From positions 1,550,001 to 1,614,000 of the forward strand of contig OZ218952.1 of assembly GCA_965112735.1 (NCBI GenBank): 64,000 nt of DNA, read 5' to 3'. The notes beneath the pieces are model-generated. The model was not told the origin of the DNA, searched no databases, and was given only the letters and a program-made list of their open reading frames with translations. The stretch is from Phaeosaccion multiseriatum (lineage: Eukaryota; Protista; Ochrophyta, other classes). Position 1 is the stretch's first letter; each line of letters starts with the position of its first letter. Position numbers and translations under genes: made by a program. Shown one piece after another: positions 24,222-35,586 of this stretch.

Positions 24222-26113
24222 TTACTGAGAGCGCCGTGACACGCCCTGGAGAGTGCTCAGAAGAGAGAACAGCAGTTCCTCCTCCTCCTTCTCTTCCTCT
24301 TCCTCTTCCTCTCCATCCTGCTGCCCCCCTGCTGCAGCGGCTGACGCCCTCTCCGAGTGAAGCCCCGCCTCTTCGCGCAAAGTACCCTTTCTACTCCCAA
24401 CACAACCGCCACCACCACCACCACCACCATCACCACCCTTCCTCCTCTCCTCCACGGCCTTGGCAAGCCCCTCGCACACCGCTGAGAGGTGTTGCAGCAG
24501 GGGCGGGGTGCACGCTCGCTGCCTCACCGCCACGCACTCGCTTCGGATCAAGCCCTGCGCAAACCCGACCACCTCCCGCAGAGGCAAAGAGGGAGGGCAC
24601 CTCCTCGTCCGGACCATGCTGCTGGAGGAAACCTGCTCTCCTTGCTCTCCTTCTCCGTCCACTGCCGTGGCCCGGCCTCCTCTGTATCTGCCCCCTGTCC
24701 CTGCCCCTGTGCCCTGCTCGTGCACGCGCTCCTGCTGTATCACCAACTGCTGCTGCTGCTGCTGCTGCTGCTGCCGAGGTGCCTTCAGACGCTCAGCCAC
24801 TGCCGCAGCGCTGTGAATGGCCGCCTCCACCAAACCGTCCGCCAAGAGCAGGGTGCACGACAGCAGGTAACGGCGGCTGGATGACAGGCTGCCGTCCGCT
24901 GCCACCTGGGTGAGGGGCGTGAAGAGCCGAGAGAGAAAGAAAGAGAATGGACGGACGGTGAGGGGGTGAGAGAGGAGACCAGAGAGGGAGACAAGAGACA
25001 TTCTACTGCCATCGCAATACACACGGACCTCGCTACTGGACCAGCTGCTCCTCGTTAGCTGCCATACACGGCTCTGCACCACCGACAGCAGCAGCCGCCA
25101 AGGAGGAAGCTCCGACTTCGTCGCCTTTGGGAGAGCTGTGGAGAGGACAGCTGCGGGTCGGGCCCGGCACACGAGGTTAAGACAGAGAGCCGCCTTCGAC
25201 TCGAGTAGGGGAGTCTGGTGTTGGGGCATGGAGATGCGGTGCCGGGTGGGATGAATGATTACGTGATTGGGTTGATCGGTCGATGGGGCCGACCGATAGT
25301 GGAGGTATTGTGCAGATATTTATACATCGGGAGGGGAGGCAGGCAGGCAGGCCGGGGAATGGAGAGCAGAGGGGCGGTGAGAGGGAGAGGGGCGGAGGCC
25401 GGGTGGGTTGGGAGGCAAATCGATAGGGTGCGGATGGGCATGATCGAAGCGACCTGCAGGGGCATGTGGGAAAGGAAGATGCTGCTGCTCCTGCTGCTGC
25501 TGTATCACCAACGGTTGCACGTACCCGACCGTGTTGCGTGCACTCCAACAGCCTAGGCAGGAGCAAAGGGGAGCTCATCACTTCCGCTCGCACAACCCAA
25601 AGAGGAGACAGCGGCGGCGGCGAGCTTGGAGGTGGGGTCAGCTTCTTGCCTTCCAACTACGGCACCGACACCACCCGGGGATAGAGGGGGGGAGGGAAGA
25701 ACGGAGAGAGGGAGCGCGAGAGGAAGCAGTTGAGCGACAAATATGCTAAAGTGGGGGGGGGGTGGTGAGAGCCAGAGATTGACTCGACACAAGGACACAA
25801 ACACAGCCCTTACCGCCCTCCAGTCCGGGCCTCCGTAGAGCAAGACGAGATTCAGCACTCTGAGGAAAGCGACTCGCGTCTTGGGCGGGCAGGAGGGGCG
25901 CAAAGCCTCCAAGGCAGTGAGCACCGCTCCTTCCTCACCCATGACCTGTGAGCGAAAGGAAGAGGGAGAAAGGGAGGGACGCCTGTTTGTATGCCCTATA
26001 CCGCCACCTCTTGTTTGACCACTAGCAACTCCCCCACAAGAAGCAATCTCATCCATCACTCACCTGCGCAACGAGCTCCACTCCCTTGACGAGGCCCAAA
26101 GGCCTCCAAGGCA

Positions 26114-26151
<38 letters not shown>

Positions 26152-28405
26152 GCTGGCACATCAGGCCCCCTCCCTTCCTCCTTCTCCTCCTCCTCCTCAT
26201 CCTCCTCCTCTCGCCGGTCCAGAATTGCACGGAAAAACAGATGCGAGAGAGCCGATGCCGCCGCGCTGCGTAACGGTTGGTCTGCCCCCTTCTTCCGTTC
26301 ACCCCCCTCCCCTCCCTCTACCGCCGCCTCCTCCGCCACCCTCAGCAGTCTTGTGGCCACCCCTCTACACACGAAGGGGGCGGCCTGCCGGGGAGTGGCC
26401 TGACCAGGGGCGAGCACGTTCTCCAGGGCAAGGGCGGCGTAGTGCTGGAGGACGTTGTCGTCCCCGTAACTGTCGAAACGGTCACTGCAACACAAACAGG
26501 GGCTTGTGGTTGCCAGACAGCGACAGTGACGGTGACAGAAGCACCGCAGGATGGTGTGCAGCACCGCCGGAGGGAGGACCCATCCGGAGTCTGTGGAGGG
26601 GAGGGGAGGGGAGGGGGGGAGAGGGTTGGAGGGTTGGGGTGGAGGAGTAATCAGTAAGTAGAGCAGTTGGTACCATACACACTCTTCCAGAGAGAAAAGA
26701 AAAGAAGATGAAAGAACGAGGGCAAGCCGCTCCTTCTGCTGAACACCCCAACCACCAACGACCCGAAACCGCAACCATCACCGACCCGAAACCGCAACTG
26801 CAACTGACCTGCCGTCGACTGACCTCCTCCACTCACTACATGAGAAGCATGCTCGTTCTCTTTATCCTCGAATCGGCCCCCTCCACTGCCATCCTCCTGG
26901 CCCTCACGTCCGTCGTACTCCTGCCGCTGTGTCACCAACTGCTGGTGCTGGTGCTGGTGCTGGTGCTGCTCCCCCTCCTCCTCCTCCTCCTCCTCCTCCT
27001 CCTCCTCGTCCTCCTCCTCCTCCTCCTCCTCCTTGTTCTGTGTGGCGATGTAAAAGACGAGTTCGCCGAGCGCCGCCATCGCACAGCGCCGCGTCTCCAG
27101 CGGAACGGCCGTCGTCTTCGACTTCTCCTTGCCCAAAGTGCTGTCCCCATGCACGAGCGACACGAGCGTTAGAAGCAACCCGTCCTCCGCCTGTATCACC
27201 AACTGCTTGTCCTGCTGGTGCTGCGGCGGCCTCGCGAGCCCGTGCCAATCGGCTCCTGAGGCTCCACTGTTTGAATAGTTCCCCCGCTGCCGCAGACGTG
27301 TGCCGCTGCTGCTGCTGCTGCGGCTTCCAACTGTGACTCTGCTTCTGCGGCCAGTACGAGTGTCAGGAGCGATGAAGTGCGCGTGCCTCACCATGAGGCC
27401 CAAGAGAGAGGCGAGGGCGTAGCCCAGAGGCGAGCAAGCGTAGAGCCGGAGCCGCGAGAGAAGCAGACTGGCCAAGGGGCGGTTGATGAGCAGCGTTGCC
27501 AGGGACGCATCGGCTGAGGACCATGCATGCGGAGTAGCAAGGAGTAATGGAGAGAAAAGGGTTTTGTTAATGAAGTACATGTTTTTTCCCCCCACTCTTC
27601 CCCAAACACTCACTCACTCACGCACGAGCTCTCATCACGCACTTTCACAAACTCCCTCCCTCCCTCACTCCCTCCCTCCCTCCCTCACTCACTCACTCAT
27701 CCACTCACTCACTCACATGCCAGGCTGCACAGATAGGCAGCGATGCTGCCCATCATGACTTGGGCCTGGGCCGCTTCGAAGGCGCTGTGCACCTCTTGGA
27801 GGAAGCTCAAGGCCTCGGGCTGAGGGGCCACACAGGACGGGGCATGGGACAGGTATATGGGCAGAGCAGGGTAGGGGTACATGGGCAGGGCAGGGTAGAG
27901 GTACATGAGTAGGGTAGGGTAGAGGTGTACGGGTAGGGTAGGGGTGTATGGGTAGGGCAGGGCAGGGTAGAGGTGTACGGGTAGGGCAGGGTAGAGGTAC
28001 ATGGGTAGGGCATGGGACAGGTACATGGTGCAGGGCTGGGCAGGGGAAGGGCAGACAAGCCACGTAGACAAACAAGCAAGCACCCACACACTCTGCATAG
28101 GCAAAAGTAAGTGCACAGGAATGCTTAGCAAATGTAAAGGAGTGCTTCACTGACCTTCCGCATTGCTGCCACCTCCTCCCGCGGCCTGGCCGGGAAGGGG
28201 AGGGGCAACTGCGACGAGTGGTGGTACGGAAGGGGAGGACCCTGCTCAATGGCGCGGTTGCCCACGAGGGGCTTTGCCTGACGACATGTCCGCACGGAGG
28301 CAAGGCGGAGAGAAGGAGGGGGGGAAGGAGGGAGGGTGTGAGACTGTGAGGCTGTGCGGCTCGTGTTTACAGCCACATATTGTTAAGAACACACGCATGG
28401 ACACG

Positions 28406-28442
<37 letters not shown>

Positions 28443-29247
28443 CCTCTTTCTCTCCCCTCTCACACACTCATGTACACACCCGCTTGTCGCTGGTGTGCAG
28501 GAGTAGTTTTGTGATGGCCAAGCTCCCCGCCCTCGACCTTGCCGCTGCTGCTAAGGCATCCCTCGATGGAGGAGTCCAAGGAACGCTCTCTCTCTCTGCC
28601 GTGTTCGGGGTGGCGCATCGTTGTCGTGATTGTCGTGATTGCGTCGTTCTCTCCTCCGGTGTGACTACTCGTACTGGCACTGGAGCCACTCGTGGCCGCG
28701 GTGGTGGTGTAACGTCCACCCCACTCGGCGGACTTGGCTCCTCCTCTTCCTCCTCCTTCTCGGTGGCATCCGATAAAGACAAATCCGACAGGTCAAGCGC
28801 CTCGACCTTGTCCACTTCGATGAGGTGTGTGCGCCTCGTCCCTGGGTCTTGGTCTCTGCTTGGATCTCGGCCTCGGTGTCCATCACAGTCTCTGCTCGGC
28901 CCTTCTACTGTGGCTCTACTCCTTGTTCTTTGACTTGTAAGACCACCTGGTTGTGCTCTCCCTGCCCGTAGTAGCGGCCCCGCCTCCTCTCCACCGCCGC
29001 CACGGGCAGCGGCAGCAGTTGGTACGATCGCCGTGCTAGTGCCAGTCGAGCTGATGTCTCTACGACTGCTGCCAGCTGTGACTCTGCTGCTGATGCTGCC
29101 GCTCCCCATATGACTGCTGCTTCTTCTGCTGCGGCTCCGGGCCTCAGGCGTGGCTATGACGGCAGAATCACATCCCCCTTCCCATGCCCGCTCCTTCCCT
29201 CTCTCCTCCTTCCACCATCCGTTGCCGCCACCGCTGCCGTTCCTACC

Positions 29248-29291
<44 letters not shown>

Positions 29292-32200
29292 TGCGGCTGC
29301 TGCCCACATGACTGCTGCTACTGCCCGTACGACTGCTGTTGCTGCTGCGCTCGTCGAGGTCGTCGTGCTCCCCCCCCACGTGGACCGGGGCATTGCGATG
29401 GCCTATCCTCCCTTTAGCCCCTTCTCGGAAGCCCTCCTCCTCGCCTGGAAAGCCTCGGCCCTGAGGGTCTCCTCCTCCTCTTCCTCCTCCCTTCTCGCGA
29501 GTGTAGGGTGGTGAGAGTCGCGTCGCGCCCGTCGTCGCCACAAGTCGAGGGGGTTTCTGCAGTTCGGACTTGTCCATGTCTGAGGGACGAGGTCTCCTCT
29601 TCCCCCTCCGCTCCGTCCTCAGCGGGGTCACGACGTGAGGAGGCTTGCTTTGCCCCCCTTCTTTGCGCTCTCGCTCTCGCTCTCGCTGCTGCTGCTGCTC
29701 TTGATCTGGCTCCATCTCTCCTCTCCCTGCTTTCTCTGCTCGTCGTCCTTCTTCTCCTCTCGCAAGTGATGGTGAGAATCTCGTCTGACCCCCCCCCCCT
29801 CCCGTGCTTCCTCCTCCTCCTCCTCCTCCTCCTCCTCCTCCTCCTCCTCCTCCTCCTCCTCCTCCTCCTGTCCTGCCTCCCTCTTCTTCTCCCTGTGGGG
29901 TCCCTCCTGCTCCCACCCCATCGCCCCTTTCGTTCGATGGCCCTGATCGCCAGTCCTCGCCTTTCCTAATGCTTGCCTCAAAGAGAGGCTGAGCAGGCAT
30001 CTAAAACAACAAGCAAAAAAAGAAGCCGCAACCACGAAGCATGTCGTCGTGAGGTGTACACAAGCAAAAAAAAGAGAACACATACGTAAGTACACGTAAG
30101 TACACGTAAGTAGTGAACGAAAAGCGTCCGGTACCATGCCTCCTCCAGCTCCTTCTCGTGTCGGTCGAAATAATGTCATCCACTCTCTCCCTCCATCCCT
30201 TCCTCCCTCCTTCCCTTCCTTCCTTGCCCCCCCTCCCCGTTCCTCCCTCATTCCCTCCCTCGCTCGTAACACCCACCCCAATGTCTATGGGAAGGGCGAC
30301 GTCCATCCAGAAGGGGTGTCGCAAGAGTTCCGGCCACGTTGGGCGCTCCCCCGCGTCCTTTGCGAGCAACCACCTGAGGAGGGAGGTAGAGCGAGAGCGA
30401 GTGCGAGCGGGTGGGAGAGAGAGAGAGAGCGCGCAAGGGAGAGAGGGAGAGGAAGCGTGAGGGTGTGTGTGAGAAAGAGAGACAGAGCATTGCAGCACAA
30501 AAGAGGGAACTTCCCTTCTAAGATACGGAGAGAATACGGCCCCAGTGAGCTCAAGTGAAGTCAAGCCAAGTGGGTCAATGTTTTGCGAACTGAGGAGAGG
30601 GCCCGTCGCTGGAAATGCATATTATCTCTCCCCCCACTTACTGCAAGACATCAACGCAGTCCTCCCCCAGAGAGGCGTCTCCAACCCTCCCCTGTGCGAG
30701 GCCCGGCGGCTCCTCAAAGGAGATGGCCTGCACCAGAGCCTGTCCCACAGGGGATGGCAGCCGATGGACCACACGCCACACCCAAGGGGAGAGCGTCGCG
30801 GAAGGAAGATGAGCGTGCTTGAGTTTAGGAAGTGCAGTACAGTGAAGAGGAGTCTTCGGTGATAGTATGATGAAGCTTGACCAACCCTGCCGCCACCACG
30901 CCTTCTCTCTCTCTTCTCCTATTCCTCTACTTCCATTTTTTGCACATCTCTTCCTCCCTCTCCATGAACCCCACACTTCTCACCCCCCCCCTCCTCGCTC
31001 CTACCTACCACACACACGCACACACACGCACACACCTTGAGACTCTCGGCTTGGAAGGGGAGCCTCCCCGTGCTGAGCTCAAACAGCGTGCAGCCCAGGG
31101 CCCACAAGTCGCTGGAGAAGCTGTGAATCACCTCCACGCCTGCTTCGTCTGTGTGTGTGTGTGTGTCCTGGAGGTCTTCTCTTCTCTCTGCAGCAGAGAA
31201 GAGCTCTGGTGCCATATAGCTGGAGGTGCCTCTCGAGCGGCGGCTGTTGCTGCTGCTGGCGCCTACCGTACGGAGAAGGGGAAGCAGTTTCGTGTGGCGA
31301 CACAAACAGAAGACCCAGGCCAAGTCGTACGTAGGTGCGTGCATGCGTGCGTGCGCGCGTGCGTGCGTGCGTGCAAGTAGTGAGAGGCGAATGGAAGTCG
31401 AGTCAGAGTCGTTGGGTATATACGAGGTAAGTAAGGACGGGGACGGGGAGGCGGGCGAGAAGCAAGAGTATTTCGATACCAACGCGGCACGGAGAAATAT
31501 TCACTACTTCGTTCTCCTCACCCCCCACCCCATCCCCCCCCCCATCTTTCCCTCCTTCGCCCCCTCACCCTTGCTATGCCGCCCTCGTCCTCCTCCTCCT
31601 CCTCCTCCTCCTCCTCCTCCTCCTCTAGGGACGTTCCTCGCCAAGCCGAAACCGCAGAGCTTGAGCACGCCTTGCTCGTTTAAAAGAACGTTGGCGGGTC
31701 TGACGTCGCAGTGCAGGAGGGACAAGGAGTGCACGTACTGCACACCTGCTCCATCGATCCACACGTCCACCCCAGGGCGACAGCAGCAGGAACAGTAACA
31801 AGCACATGGCGCACGACGCGCACAGGCGAGAGAGAGAGAGAGAGCGAGAGAGGGAGAGCGAGACAGAGAGAGAGGGAGGGAGAGCAAGAGAGGGAGAGGG
31901 AGAGAGAGAGCAAACAGGAGGCAAGAGAATGGATGTTGGTAGGTGGGTAGATAGGTATTGGAGAAGGAGGGGAGGGGAAGGTGGCAGTATCTTCTGTAAG
32001 TGTTTTCTGAAAGGTGCTTCTATACGTACGTATACCGATCTTCAACCTGTCCTCCTCCTACGCTTGCGTGCACATGTATACCGTACAGCTGACCCAACCC
32101 CGCCTCCCTCACCACCCCTACCCAGCATCAGCAGCAGCAGCAGCAGGCTAGCCAAGCGGTGGAAGGTATGCCCCAACGCACCTGCGAGCAGGTCCGCGCC

Positions 32201-33063
32201 GAACAGCCGCACGGATGCTTCCGGCTCACGGCCGTCCTGCAGCAGACGGGAGGGGGGCTTGTAAGGGAATGATGGCAGTGGTGCCGACAGCGGCAACAGC
32301 AGCAGGCCAAAGGGTGTGCGCGATTCGCGACTCGAGGCTCACTCTCCTCCCCTCTGCTATTCGAGCAATCGACATCCTGCCGCAAACTGTACAAAATGAA
32401 CGACGTAGTATAGTAAGAAACGAACTGACCTGGCGAAGGAGGCTCCGCAAGTCCCCGCCCGTACAGTACTCCAGTACCAGCCACACGCTGTTGCGAGTCT
32501 CGTGCCTGAGGGCCAGGGGGGGGGGGGAGACGACGGGACGCGAGGCAGAGAGAAGGAAATATGTTTCGTAACGTTCTGGCGGCGCAAGGGCAACTGCTTG
32601 TGACCCCAGGAAACTGCTGCTGCTGGGGATTCCAACACAATCGACGTTGGTGCCCATGAAGTTCAACGACAGGCGTAAGACGTACCACTCGTAGAGCTTG
32701 AGGACGTTTGGCGAGTCGAGCTTCCCCAAGATCGTCAGCTCGGCGGTCATCTCGTCGCGCGAAAGCGAAGACTTCCCCACCTTCTTTAGGGCAACGTACT
32801 CTATCTCCTTCTTGGCTCGGCCTTTGAAAACCTGATCAGCGGAGGAGGGAAGAAGACTGGTGAGAACTCTCTCTCTCTCTTTCTCTCGCGTCTCTCTCTA
32901 TTTTTTTCCCCCTGTTCTTCATTCCTTGCCCTTCCCGACGGTGGTCCCAAGGCCAACCGCAATGATGCAACGTAGGGCTCAATCAGCTTTCGATCACCAT
33001 ACGCCTTTGCACCTGCGAGTGTCGCCCCCGTCCGATCTCCGAGTAGATGTGGAAGTTGTCCAT
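24222..33063 (-). CDS. ULK4: ULK4/RUNKEL-like Ser/Thr (pseudo)kinase with a C-terminal HEAT/ARM-like region; many exons, 3' end approximate
   Basis: ATG at 33063. Spliced: MDNFHIYSEIGRGRHSQ-VFKGRAKKEIEYVALKK...EWHETRNSVWLVLEYCTGGDLRSLLRQDGREPEASVRLFGADLLAGVQYVHSLSLLHCDVRPANVLLNEQGVLKLCGFGLAR...RGTSSYMAPELF...SDLWALGCTLFELSTGRLPF...RPTWPELLRHPFW. Later LASLLGLMVRHAHFI, RRCAMAALGELVFYIATQ and QHYAALALENV match ULK4/RUNKEL. Confidence 0.9.
27835..28030. repeat. G-rich ~24-bp minisatellite in a ULK4 intron
   Basis: About 7-8 degenerate units of GGGTAGGGCAGGGTAGAGGT(ACATG/GTACG). Confidence 0.8.
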
Positions 33064-33583
33064 CGTCCGACTACTCGTAAACAAAAACAAAATGGTCGCT
33101 CACAGGAGCTGCAACGCTCTCATCGCCCTATGAAGAGCCTCTCCTTCACATCATACTTGTCGCGGGGAGTGGGACCAAGCACCTGACGGGAAGGAGTAGA
33201 GTAGGAGTGGTTGATTTAGGCCTGAAGGGGCCAAATCAAACAAAAAGCAGTTTGAGGGCGAGCGATTTGAAACTAAAACTGAATCCTTGAGGGAGCCGCA
33301 GCAAGCAAAAGACAAAAGGAAAAGCGAAAAGGCAAGCAAGCAACAGCATCAGGCCACAGTAATTGCCACATACTCCGTCTTCTCCCCTCCCTGATTATCG
33401 TCGCCCTCCATGGGCCCCTCTCTCCTCTCTACCTTCCTCGTCTCACCTCTCTCCCTTTCTTCCTTGATCCCTTACCCGCCACCTTTCCCCTTTCCCTCTC
33501 CCTTCAATTGGACCAACACTGATCGCAGGAACAGAGCGAGTTGGAAGGGCAGTGAAGCGGCAGCCGCGGCGTTGCGTCCAACC

Positions 33584-33703
33584 ATGAGCATGGAGCTTGA
33601 TGCGCACCTCTCCCAGTTCGTCAACGTGCTGGGGGTGGTCATCTTTGTGAGCATCGTGGTCTACCACTACATCACGGCCAGGCGTAAGGACTTGGAGGTA
33701 TAG
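33584..33703 (+). CDS. OST4: Oligosaccharyltransferase subunit 4 (39-aa single-TM microprotein)
   Basis: MSMELDAHLSQFVNVLGVVIFVSIVVYHYITARRKDLEV matches the OST4 pattern D..L..F.N.LGV..F...V.YHY; ACCATG Kozak context at 33584. Confidence 0.9.
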   Translation: MSMELDAHLSQFVNVLGVVIFVSIVVYHYITARRKDLEV

Positions 33704-34515
33704 CAGCGGCACTACGCGACCTCAGAGGCCGCAGTGGGCAACACATCAGCTGCAGCTGGCGATGAAGGAGGGTGTTTCCAGGAAGGAAATACTCCTCTTC
33801 GAGGCCGATGATGATGGGTGTGTGTGTGTGCTGCTGCTGATTTGTTGCCCACAAGGGATCTTGTGTTGTGTGCGGGAAGTGGAAAGTATTGGGTCAGCCC
33901 CCTGCCGGGCTTCGTCTCGGAAAGGGCAAATGCGGAGGGAGACAGGCAGGCAGGCAGGCCTTTTCTGCTGTAACAAGGTACGGATCGCTGCCGGACACCA
34001 CCCTGGGCCGCACCAAGCTCCGGCACACCTTCGATCCAAAGCAAAGGACGGGACTCTGGCGGGCTCTCGTCCAGCATGAAAGTGGAGTGGAGTCTCGCTT
34101 ACGAAAGAGGTGGTTGGGGGTCGATGACGGGGAACTGTGATCGCTTGAGCCTCTCGTTTCGCGGAGGCTGACGACTTGGGCATGGGAGCCCACCGACCTG
34201 TATTTCCTCCATTCTGTTACTCAGGCAGGCAGACAGGCAGGTAGGCAGACAGACAGAAAGGTGGGGCAGACAAGGCAGACAGGCGGGCAAGCGGCAAGCA
34301 GGGCCTCCAAGATGCCTTGTGATTGACGCGTGGCATTGGAGGAGAGCCGCGGGGCCAAGCGAGACCGCCCGGAGCGGCATCGAAATCGCTGTACTGTACA
34401 TGCCAATGTAAGTTCTTGGTGCCGTCTCTTTCCGTCGCGGGAGGGTGTGTGAGGAGCAAAGCTTTACCATGGCCACTGCTGAATGCTTTCTATTCCTGCC
34501 CTTCGAATTAATTAA

Positions 34516-35086
34516 CACTCCGTTTGCGTAAAAATCGCCCAAATTTCGACCAACACGGTTTTTGCGCATTTGCAGGGAAATGACGCTGGGAGGAGCGATA
34601 TAGCTCTTCGTGTAGCTCTTTGAGATGCCTACCTATACATAGTCTCTCGTCTTTCCACACTTCTTTCCTTCCCTAGTTGTCAGCATTTCCGCAGCAGCAC
34701 CCCCTTCCCGCGGGGGGGGGGGGATGTGCACGCCACGGAAATCGCACCAGGCTTGCCAAGGGTCCTGCTGCTGCTCCACTGTGGCTAGCCGCCGTAGCGC
34801 TGCGCCTGTTCTCTTGCAGAAGGGCGGGCCAGCTGCCCATGAGCGATTTCCGTGGCGTGCACATCCCCCGTCCCCCCCCCCCGGGAAGGGGGTGCTGCTG
34901 CGGAAAAGCTGACAACTACGGAAGGGAAGAGGCGATGAAAGCCGAAAGACCATAGATCGGTGGGGATCTCAAAGAGCTACACGAAGAGCTATAGCGCTTC
35001 TCATAGCGTCCTTTTGCTGCATATGTGCAAAAAAAAAATTGGGCCGGAAATCGGGCGATTTGGGCGATTCTTACGCAAATCGAGTG
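34516..35086. mobile_element. Foldback-type non-autonomous DNA transposon (MITE), piggyBac-like, with TTAA target-site duplication
   Basis: TTAA(34512-15)-CACTCCGTTTGCGTAA ... TTACGCAAATCGAGTG-TTAA(35087-90). Imperfect inverted arms of ~230-245 bp (34516-34745 / 34843-35086) surround a ~100-bp spacer. Confidence 0.85.
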
Positions 35087-35281
35087 TTAAAAAAAAAAAA
35101 AAATGATCATCAAAGAAAGCGCACACACACACACACACACACACACATGGGATCGACCCTGGACAAGATTACAGTGTGCGCCAGCCGTAATCAGTAAAAA
35201 GGAAATCAGGGGATGAAAAAAAAAAAAAAAGGCCCGGCTGGCGCCATAATCAAGAAGGGGATGTAGTGTTATGCGTTTGAT

Positions 35282-35397
35282 TCGACCCCTGATACACTAT
35301 CCGCTATCCGCTATCCGGCGCGCTATCCGCTATCGCCGGGGCCCGATAGCGCGCTACAACTGTATCGAGAATGTGGCGATAGTGTATCAGGGGTCGA
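35282..35397. mobile_element. 116-bp MITE with 20-bp perfect TIRs and an apparent 6-bp TSD (TTTGAT)
   Basis: TCGACCCCTGATACACTATC ... GATAGTGTATCAGGGGTCGA; TTTGAT at 35276-35281 and 35398-35403; internal CGCTATC/GATAGCG repeats. Confidence 0.8.
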
Positions 35398-35400
35398 TTT

Positions 35401-35475
35401 GATTGTTTCGAGATTGTTCGAGATCGATCAAGATTGTTTCGAGATTGTTCGAGATCGATCGAGAATGTTCTAAAT
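35401..35475 (+). promoter_or_regulatory. Heat-shock-element-like array upstream of HSP70, tandemly duplicated (2 x 31 bp)
   Basis: GATTGTTTCGAGATTGTTCGAGATCGATC occurs twice (TTCnnGATnnTTCnnGAT, HSE-like), followed by GAGAATGTTCTA (GAAnnTTC); ~110-185 bp before the HSP70 ATG. Confidence 0.6.
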
Positions 35476-35586
35476 GTTGTTAAAAGTCCCTTGATTCAAA
35501 CCGACGCCCCTCGGGGATGTGCTGGCCAAAGGCAAAGACGGGCCACAAAACGAGTTCGATCAACGAACAGAGATAACGCAAAGACA

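Noticed and set aside
35401-35462. 31-bp direct repeats as a CRISPR array
   Set aside because: Only two adjacent units with no spacer, eukaryotic context and no cas genes.
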